This document shows positions 25,301-36,000 of a DNA stretch of 64,000 nt, one piece after another. The notes under the pieces are model-generated. The model saw only the letters and a program-made list of their open reading frames with translations. It was not told the origin of the DNA and made no database searches. Origin of the DNA: Camelus dromedarius. Its lineage: Eukaryota. Location of the stretch: NCBI RefSeq assembly GCF_036321535.1, contig NC_087441.1, forward strand, positions 6,944,001 to 7,008,000, in the 5' to 3' direction. The position numbers and the translations under genes were made by a program. The first letter of the stretch is position 1. Each line of letters starts with the position of its first letter.

Positions 25301-28300
25301 TACCACCTGGCTCTCGCTGCAGCTGAAGTGGATGGTGGTGGACTTCTTCCGAATCCGATCGGGACACAGGTCACCATCGACATACTTCAGCAGAGTCATG
25401 CCATCTCTCCACTGGGGACCATCTCTCACCCTGCCGAGGTTCACGGGCTCGGAGCCACTCAGCAGACACACGGCCGCCTCTGGGGGGCACGGCTCTGCGG
25501 CACAAGGGGTACGAGGAACAGAGACATCAGTGGTTCTCCAGCCTTGGGCTCACAAGGCACGTGTGGCCAGCTGCGACATACTGACTCTAACAACCACTCC
25601 GAAGTGTCAGTGATTTCTTTCACGTACGTCACATGCCAAAGATACCACGCAAGTTCTCCCTCAATTAAACGCTGTTTTACCATAGGTGGACGGGGGGCTG
25701 GGGTGTGGGGAGAGTCTAAGGCGCAACAGCCTAAATTACTCCTGACCCCGAAGCAGGATGATGCTAAAATACCTCGATTAAGCCAATGGGACGTTTTAAA
25801 CGGCCTGCGTTCATGGGCTGTGTTTACCTAAGGAGCCACCAAGAGCTGCGCCATCTTCCCAGTCCCCAAAATGCCTGTGCCATCTGCCCTGGGCAAATGA
25901 GCCCCTTCACAGGTTAAGAACCTCAGTGTCACCAGTCTGGTCAGCACACAAGGCAACGGGAAGTGGGCCACGGCCTCAGACCATGCAGAGGATGGAAACA
26001 CTTATCGTAGTTACATAACGGGGGTGGGTACAGCTCAGTGGTGGGGTGCATGCTTAGTGTGCACAAGGTCATGGGTTCAATCCCCAGCACTGCCATTAAA
26101 AATAAATAAATAAACTGAATCACCTCCCCCACCCCTTGAGTTGAAGCCAGATAAGACGTGAGCGAGCTGCATGAAACTCCATGAAAATGGGACAGATCTC
26201 GTTTTCAGGATCCCAACAGGGGGCACCATGGTCTCTGTGCATCGCCCCTGGCCCCACGTGGACCGCTGAGTTCTAGTCTCATCACTGGCACCAGGGGTCT
26301 GGGTGCATCGTAAGGGGCCCTCACCCACATTACTCTCAGTAGATGCGTGGGGCAGGTACCCACATCTCCTTTCACACCCTCCGATCTCCTGCCCTGCTGA
26401 GAATTACCTGCAACGATGATTATTTCTACCTCTGTCTCCTCAAGTTCAAAAAAGGTTATATAGCGTTTCCAGCAGAGCCTTCAGCACTGATTTGTCCTGG
26501 GCCGCACCAGGGTCAGTCACTGACCCTCAGATAACTCTTCCTGTTACTTCTTGGCCAAACCACTCACATAACAGAAAGCAACACACCTTCAAGGAGCCTC
26601 ACTCTTACTCGTTCCTTCCCCATAAAGCCCCTTACAAGCCACCAGCCCACCCTGAGACCCCTCACCCGAGCCAGCCTGGGGAGCCAGAGACTTGCAAACG
26701 TTGATGAGGTAGTGCTCGGTGGCCCCCGTACTCGTGATGGCCTCCCAGTTGTCACTGTATCTTGACAGGGGTGAGAGGTCGTAGGTGTTCCCAGCCCCGT
26801 CTCTGAAGGGAAGAAAGCACGGCCGTCAGGTTCAGCTCTGTCTAACGGGGTCCTCGGTGCCCCATCTGGAAAGGCTCCGGCACTTAGAGCACAGCCTACT
26901 CCTGACACCCTGGGAATCAGGTCCTTCCAGGGACAGAACTTTATGCGGGACTCTCCCATCTCTGGTCAACCAGCAGCAACACAGCCTGAGTTCAGGAAGC
27001 ATCAAGCAATTATGTATTAACCTGAAAAGGCAAACAGCAAGTGCTTGCCCTGCTCAGGCCGGTGAGCAGACGAGGGTGCCCGGCTGGGGCACACGGGGCC
27101 CCCTCAGGCAGCCCGGGAAGGCCACCTGCTGTCTGAGCCCGAGGCCGCCGGCAGTCACTGACGTAAAACCGGCCGGGGCGGACTTTCTGCTCAAAGGTTT
27201 ACTTTCTACACAAATTCCAAACAAGGACAGTTACTGGGAACCAGCCCCACACCAGGTGCAGAGTCAAAGGTAAGAAAGACAAATACTCCACCTGCGGGGC
27301 ACCAGGTCCAGGTAGAGACAGACAAGAACACCACTTGAGTGAGAATCACTCATTCATTCAAAAACCACGTGCCCCACAACTGGGGGTGTTGTATTGAAGG
27401 AAAACAGATCAAAATCGCCCATCTTACGAAGCCTGCAGAAGTCACCAGTGGAAGAAAAACCACAAAAAAGAACTTTTTTTTTTTAATGTATATCAGATGG
27501 CAACCAGAGTGAAGAGAAGAAAAGGCAGGGTGGTGGGGTGGGCAGGGATAAAGTCTGGGAGAGGGAAGAGGAGATGAGATCAGACAGCACTCAGAGACCA
27601 CCTTCCTAAGGAGCCACCTCTGAATAAACTCAGGAAGATATGGAAGAGCCAGGCATCCAGGGACTCAGCACAGCACAGCACAGCATAGGCAGAGGGAGCA
27701 GCACGAGCAAAGGGCCTGGGGCACAGAGAGCCTGGTGAGGTCAAAGGCAAGGAGCCCCATGTGGTCGGAGCAGATCAGACGTGAGGAGTGAAAAAGCAGG
27801 GGCTGTGGTGAGACGTGATACAGGGGGTGTTCCAGCCTGTAGTGAGGACTCCAGCTTGAGACGGGCTTCACTGCACTGAGGGGTTTCAGCAAAAGCACCC
27901 TCACTGACCTGTAATTCAACAGCTTCACTCTAATCATCGAGCCGGACTGTCCCGCGTGTAGCAAGGGGACCGACTGAGGGGTGACTGCAGTGGTGCAGGT
28001 GCAAGATAAAGCCACATGAACCAGGGTGGCGCACTGCTTCCAGAATGGAGAGTCCGAGGTATTCTGAAAGTTGATGGACCGTCAACGGCCACACCACCCA
28101 GAACACGTCCAATCTTGTCTGAAAGTTGATGGACCATAAATAGGATAAGAGAGAAAAGATGCCAGCATTAACTAATACTGGAATCTGTGGGAGCCACCAG
28201 TTTTTGCAGAAGCAAGTCCTCAAGAACTTCACCTAATGGACCAGCTGAGAGGCTTACTGTAAATGGTTGAAGATCAAAAGAGGAAACTGAAACTATCGTG

Positions 28301-31300
28301 AAAGAAGGGGGCAAAATGGAGGGAAGAAAGGGTGGATTAGAAAGAGTACCAAACAGACCTCCTAGAATGAAAAGTACAGTCATGAAAATTAAAAAGGCAA
28401 CAGTCAAAACAGCGCATTAAACCAGCTAAGAGACCAGCTGATAAAACTGATTAATAGAAGTTCCAGAAGAGACAGATAAGGTTAGAGGCAACATTCAAAG
28501 TTACAGTAACTGCAAATATTCCGAAACTAGTAACAGACACGCATCTTTAGTTTCAGAGAGCACTGACTTGCAAGCAACACAGACAATAAAGCCCTATACA
28601 AGCAAATCAGAGCGAGACTGGAATACACACAGGGAAATACATAGGGAAGGCATGAAATTAGGACCAAAGGGGGCAGATCCTCTACCAGCAACGCTAAGCA
28701 CAGGAAGATGATGGACACCTTCAAAGTGCTGATACACACACACAAACTGTTAACCCAGAATTCTGTATGAGGCCAGCGAGGATAAGCCCAAGCCTTTTCA
28801 AATGAAGACCAAGACTGAACCCCACAGACTCTGTCAGAACTACCGCGCGGGTGGTGCAGTGCGATGTGGACCCCAGGCCTGGGCAGCGGCGGTGCAAGGA
28901 GTCGGAGTCAGGAGATGAGCCAACAGTGGACTTACTGGTATAAATCACTAACTGTATGTATTTCCATATGTCACTAACACTTCAAAAATTATTTCTTTAT
29001 CTAAATAAAAGGACATAACACAACAAGAAGACTGGAAGGAAACACGGAAATGACCAAATTTCTCCCAGGACAGGACGCTATAACTCAGTGATTTTTTTCA
29101 GGTGGGGTCCTCACACAGCAGAAATGTCAGCATGTCCCTTCAATACTCAGGACGTGTAGACCCAAGAAACCACACTCTCCAGGGACAGAACCCAAGAGGT
29201 CTACTTTGTAATAGTTCTGAGAGTGACACAACTGAAATTCACACACAGTGAAGGTCACCTTATCTCGAGAGCTGCCAATCACCCGATTTCAGAGGCTTAC
29301 TTGAGCCACAGGTAACAGAACAAAAGAACCAGGCGGCCACCAAGAGCCTGCCGGTTGGGTGTCACCCCCTCGTGCTCTCTCCAGCCCACCCCCATGCAGC
29401 TCCGCCATCACCTTCCTCTTCACTGTTGTGTCTCCAGACACAGGCAGCCCCTGGGGAGGAGCAGAGGCCAGGGCACACCCTGCTCACTCCAATCCGCTCA
29501 GACCCATGAATCATGCACGGTTTTCTGTTTCAACCACAATCACTTCCCTGAACCTTAACTCAAAGTAACCAAAGCCTCTCAGAGCTGTGAAGGGTTTCAT
29601 AGGTAACCTAACCCAACTTGCCAGTTTAATATTCAGGAACTAAGGCTTCAAGAAAGCACCTGACTAATCTAATGCCCTGTCCCTCAGGCAACTATTAAAG
29701 CAAAAATATTATCAAGTAAATCAGACTGCCCAAGAGCCAACATCCCCATGCACTTACTTGAATGAACACTCGGTCAGGTCAAAAGGCGGGCAGGCATACT
29801 GCGTGCGCCACTCGAACAAGTAGGAGCAGTCTGAAGTCTCCTGGAGGAACACCGGCTGCAAAAGTTGAGATACATACCCATTAAGTGGAAACTTCATTTG
29901 CGGGGGGCGGGGGGGAGGGTTAAGACTTTTTTCTTAATAAAAAAAGTTTTTTAAATATATTTTTACTGGAGGTACTAGGGATTGAACCCAGGACCTCGTA
30001 CGTGCTAAGCATGCACTCTACCACTGAGCTATACCCTCCCCACTGGGAAACTTCAGTTTTAAGGATGCAAATAGTAAGGGATGGTCCTGATCTTTACTCA
30101 ACACGCATTGATCAAAGCTTGAACTCACTTTCTGTACATAACATATTTAAACTAAGTTAACCAGGAAACTTCAAGACTTAAGAGCAGATTCTTTTATAAG
30201 ACAGTGGCCCCTGAGCTGGCAGACCGACCCTCCCACCCCATGTGCACTGAGCACACTCACCGCCTGGGTGCTGCGGTCACAATAGAAAAAGATGGTCGTT
30301 GAGCGCTGGTACACCTTGTGGCAAGGGTCCCCCCCAGTATAGTTCATCTTCAACACCCCATTCTCATAGGTCAGCTTCTGAGTAAGCAGACCTGTTCAAG
30401 AAGAAGCTAGTCAAACAAGGATTGGTTCACGAAGTCCCCAGGCCACCAGGCTGGTCCCCAGACATGTTACGCCACACACCCTGAATGAACTCTCACAGGA
30501 CCAAGTATGTCTGGCCTACCAGCACTGGACCACTGGCCCCATCACATGACACCATGGAAGAATAAAACCAGGCCTTCTCTTGGCCAAGGCTGTGACCTTC
30601 CAGACTACCCACGGGATCACCGACATGGAGACACTCCTCAGCCTGATGAGCTAAGAGGATGTCACCTCGTCTGCACAGCCCCCAAGGTCTTCCCACACAC
30701 CCCCCATCAACTACTTCAACTTCTTTTTTTTAAAGTTCTTAAACTTAGCATCACTTGCCCGGCTGTTGAGACAGCACAATGACCACAGCCTGCCCCATAA
30801 GTTTTACAGCCCAAGCCTACACAAAATGTGTCCCCTTGGACTCAATTCTAGAAAGTACGACCTCATTAATAGTCCAGTGGGTCCTAAAGGTAAAATAGAA
30901 AAAAGAGACATGAACTTAGAATCAGTAACTGGCGTGGCTAAGCACGAATGAAATAAACTCTAACAACGCTCATCAGCCGAGGCCCGGCTACGAAAATCAA
31001 GCGAAAGCAGAGACGTCACTAACACGCTGTCCCCTGGAGCGCAGGAGTCACCCTTCCCACCTGAGACAGACGTCGCCTGTAGCCTGATGTCTTAAATATG
31101 TAATTCCATTCTTGTGCAAAAACAAGGAGGAAAAACCACGGTACCTGCCACTTTCTGAAATCCCTCAGGTCCCCGCTTTTCCTGACATGACGAGACGACC
31201 CTGGACCTGTCACCGGCCGAGCAGACGCCCGAGGACAGCCTTCCGCAGACGCGGAAGTAGTACGTGTACTCGCCGGCGCTCACGACCGTGTCGTTGAGGG

Positions 31301-32999
31301 CGAGAGGCTTCAGGTCATACAAGTTGCCATGCCTCGGGTCCTTCACTTCACAGTTGTCTCCTTCAAGAACACGGCGAGGGAAGGGCATCGACACAGGCAC
31401 TCACACTTTCAGGCAAACGTTTTGCAACTTTTCATCAGCTAGGAACTGTCTTAAAATAGGCATTAAATATCATTTCCACCTGTTTTCATCTGGTTTGTGT
31501 GCATGAGACAAACTGCCTGGCAAACAGCTTTCTAGAAAAGCTTCAGGTCACAGGCTGAAGATCCACGTAAGCAAGACAAAGGCCCACGTTCATGTTCTCA
31601 CCAACCACCCACCAGTCAGGAACGTGAGGAAAATGTTACAGGTAAAGTTAGCAACGGAGTGGGGCGAACAAAACTCAAGGGTGAGAATGACCCGCCCGCT
31701 GACACGCGGGGCTGCACGCCCATGGGGCTGCTGCACCCCCTTCGCACATCCACACGTCGCTGAGCGGCGTAGGGCGGCGTCTTACCTTCGACGCGGACCA
31801 CAGGACAGGCCTCCACCGTTCTCCAGACAAACACGTACTCGCAGTCGTCCAGAAGCTGAAAGGTCGGCGATCCCTGCAGTGGAAACCAACAGTTCACTGT
31901 GCTCTCACTCAGCAAAGAGAATCAGTCAAACGCCAGCCAGAGCTGACACCCGACTTGCAACCACGAGAAAAGTACACAGCACTTGGGAAACATGTCAGAC
32001 CTGCGGGGACACAGCACGTGCTGGTCGGGCCCTACTGATGGCCTGACCCCCTCGAGAACATGGGCAAGCTCTAACTCAGACAAGAGAGCCGAGGTGGCAG
32101 GGACAGGCACGCACCGTCGTGTGGGAGCACTCAAGCATAATCCTGGTGGAGAAGCGCTGGTTCCCGCACTTGTCACCGTTGACATAGACGAGGCTCAGGG
32201 ACCCATTGGCGGCAGCTTGAGGGCTGACCTGCACGACGCCCAGGTTCCAGCTGCTGTCCTCCGACACCAGGCAGGACCCCACAACGCTGCCTGGAAGAGC
32301 CAGCAAGGCCGTTGGACGTGGGGAGGGGGGGCACGACCAACTGGGGTCCAAGGCGCGACACCCACCATGGCAGCCGGGAATGTAAGGGAGGGAGTTGCAG
32401 ACACTCAAGTAGAAGGTTCTCCTCTTCCCATCAGCCGAGGTGTCAACTGCAGTCCAAGGCTTCCTGGCTTTGCTTAAGCCGCTCAGATCATATTCGTTCC
32501 CAGCCGGGTCTGAAACACAAGGCAAATGCTGGAGACCCCTGCCTTCCCATGAGCGCTGGGCATCACTTCCAACCCCGAAGACCAAGGATGCACAAACAGA
32601 GCATCATTTCAGAAAAATGAGGGGACCCACAGCAAGCCGAGAGGGCTTCCAACAGAAACATCATCTGCCTGGCCCTCAGAACCGCGACTCACGACAGAGC
32701 ACCGTGGACATGGAGGTGGGGCCGGTCCCCAAGGAACAAGGGTCCTGGAAGCCCCACTGGGTGTCAGGGTCCGTCTAACAGGGCCTCATCCTGGTTCTTT
32801 TTCTCTCACTCAGGTGAGAAGCTCTGACAGTGTATTTGACTTTCCCCTTAGTTTTCTTCTGTTCTTAAGCAGCTTCTGATTCCAAAATATTGCTTAAAAC
32901 CATGAATTACAAATCCAGACTCTCCTCAAGAGAAATTTTATAACTCTAGGCATTGTCCACAGAAAACACGTAGCACACATGTCGTGCTGCCTGTAAAAT

Positions 33000-33050
<51 letters not shown>

Positions 33051-36000
33051 TTGATCAGCCTCTTAATTCCTGGTCCTCCAACCTCACCTGTGACTTGGCA
33101 ATCCACCGGAGAAGGTACACAGGCCAAGGCCGTTTCAAACTCAAAGAAAGTGTCCCGGATCCCAAGGCCAGAGTCGATGTCTTGATGCAGGAACCTGGGG
33201 TTCCCTGGGTAAACGTCACCATTGCAAACAAAGCGGATGATGAAAGCATCAGCTCTCCCTGGAACAGGAAGGCCAGGCTGTGAGCAGCAGCAATCATAGT
33301 GCCGCTGCCCGCACGCGTGTGTGGCACCAGGATGGCGCCCCCGAGAACCAGCCTCCAGGCCACCCCCGGGAATTCGTGCCGCAGCACTGGGTCTGTTCCA
33401 GGGACCTGATCCGAGCTCCAGGGAGGCCACATTCATTGTGACAGTGACTGACATAAAGGTGGGTTTACACCATGAACTTGGCATTCTTACATTCCAGAAA
33501 GGATGCAAATGTTACATCCATTTATCCTCCCAAATGTTAGAAAAACATCACTCTCAGGTCCTACTATGCACAGGAGTGAAATACACAGAAGAAAGCCCCC
33601 ACCTCCTAGGAGACGACATCCTCGTTCGGCCTGAGGCGCCAGGCAGAAAGGGAGTGGAGTGTGGCAGGGACAGGGCCTAAGGAATCACAAGGGTGGCGGG
33701 GATGAGGCGTGGCGGTTTTGAATGTGGCGGCCGGGCTCACTGCGAAGGTGACATCTGAGCCCATACCTGCGGAAGTGAGGAAACAAACCGCCCGGCCATC
33801 CTGAGAGAAGAGGGAACAGCAAGGACCAAGGCTCAGGAGGGGACGTGGGCGAGTGGGCCTTCACAGTTCCGGGAGCACGCGGCCACCGGGACTGAGCCAG
33901 GAGAGTGGAGGGTGACCCCGTCAGAGAGAAGCAGCAGGTGTCCCACAGCCACTGGGTCGGGGTTGGCTTCTACTCTGGGTGCAGGTGGGGCCCTGGGGGC
34001 CCTGAGCTGGAAGTGACGTGACCTAACATTCAAAATGTCACTCTGACTGCCAAGAGGAACACAGGCTACTGCAGTGGGGGTGGGGAGGAGGCTCCCACAG
34101 CAAGGGGACCACAGTGGCTGGGGGCTGCATTCACAGAAGAACGTCGTGGTCATTGACACATTAACAGGTCCAGAGGTGCCCATTTAACACATAAGGAAAC
34201 TGAAGCAGAGAGGTTAAGGAACAGGCTGGGCCGGGGTTAACACAGTTATGCACGTGCTGTGCCCCTGGCTTGCTGGAGCCTGGATTCAAACCCCGCAGAG
34301 TAAACATTGGCAGCTGTCAGCCACACGAGCTCATCGGTAACCCTGCAACGGCCTTGCCGGCTCTTCCAGGCAACGCTGTGCGGTCCTGCCTGGTGTTGGA
34401 GGACAACAGCTGGAACCTGGGCGTCATGCAGGTCAGCCCTCAGTCTGCCGCCAACGGGTCCCTGAGCCTCGTCTTCATCAACAGCGACAAGTGCAGGAAC
34501 CAGCACTTCTCCACCAGGCGGGCAGACACAAGGAAAGAGCCCCAGCACCCGTGGTCCAGGATCCCTCTCACCGCAGGATGGCCCCCAGGGGCCTGGCGGA
34601 ACACAACAGGGGGCCGTGCACGTGTGGCCCAGAGTCTCCGGGCACTCAGGTCACGTACTCAGAACCACCAGACATTTGTCAGCTGCAAAAACAACACAGA
34701 TCTGGGCTCACCTCCAGAATGGGAAGGCGACCCCTTGTAGGTCAGAGTTATGAAGCCCTCGGTGGACAGCTGAAGGCTCTTCTCCAGTCCAACCAGCCTT
34801 CCCGGCTTCAGATTCTTGAGGTCCTCCTCCTGGGTCTCTGCCTCACAGCCGGAAGCCGGCTTTCCGTCCAGGGTCCCACAGAGGGGCGTCGTGCCACACA
34901 CGTTAAACTGCAGGCCGGACAGTGAGAACCACACGCTAACTCAGGGCACGTGACTCACCAGCAACACGAGCCCCAGCAACTCAAAGCCTGCCAAGCTAAA
35001 CAGTTGTTACTTATTATCAAAATTACCAACTTTCCACGTTTGGGCAGTTACTTTCCTAAATCTAGCACGTAAGGCCAAAATGAGCGTCCAAATGGCAATG
35101 CCCAGAATTGCCCCTAAGGCTTTATGCGCACAGCCTGCATCCCTAAACGCATGATACATGTTACACATGATAATGCAGCATCTGTAACGGAAGGAACACG
35201 AGTAGTCAGAATTTCACAGTATTTTTGACCACATTAGAAAAAGTACATATAGTTGAAGTCACGTTAATTAAAAGTAAATAAAACGTGATACCCCTGTATT
35301 TCTTAAAGATGTTGACACCATTCCACTGAAGGGGAATATGTTCTTTGGTTTGAACACACAGAAAGGAAAGACTTCTCTGTAACTGGTTAAGTGTCCGCTA
35401 ACAACATCTACTAAATTAGGATCTACGTACAGAAAGTGATGTTCCTAGACCAAAGCTTCCGGCTTAAGAAATGGCCAGTCAAGACTACACCCCAGACAGG
35501 TGCCCTGCAGCCACACGGGCTGTGTGGTTACAGGAATCTGATGGTGCAGATTCAGGGCCCCCTCTCCCCTTTCTGGTCCTGCCCATAAGTTCACAACAGA
35601 GCCGAGAGAAGTCCAGGATGGCTCTGCCAGGTGGTGGGCACCAGCCAGCCTGGCTGCCCCCACCCACTGGCCTCTCCATTCGCGGGTGCTCAGGCACCTT
35701 AGCAGCGTCTCACTTGGCAGCTTCGGCCGCACGGGGGCCCCCAGGAGCAAGATGGGGCCGCTGGGCCTGGCAGGCCGGGTGAGACAGGTGCGATGCCAAC
35801 AGTCAGCTGGAGGGCGGGGGTATCCTCAGCCTCTCCGGCAACACGCTGACCGTGCCTGTCTCCCAGGAGCCTGGACACCTCCCAGTTTGTCCCCGCCACC
35901 TGCGACTGACAGGAGTGACGCACACCTGCTACGCCTGCTACTGCACAGGCAGAGCCTGTCAGGCCTGCCCCTGGCATGTTCTCCGCGGGGTCACCCCTTC

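Noticed and set aside
28063-28135. Repeat-spacer-repeat resembling a CRISPR unit
   Set aside because: Mammalian intron, only two 18-bp repeats, no cas genes. Better explained as a duplication or repair scar.
33900-33970. Minus-strand [16 protein letters not shown] resembling the exon 32/33 junction [13 protein letters not shown]
   Set aside because: Nucleotide similarity is limited to ~9-nt patches, consistent with chance.
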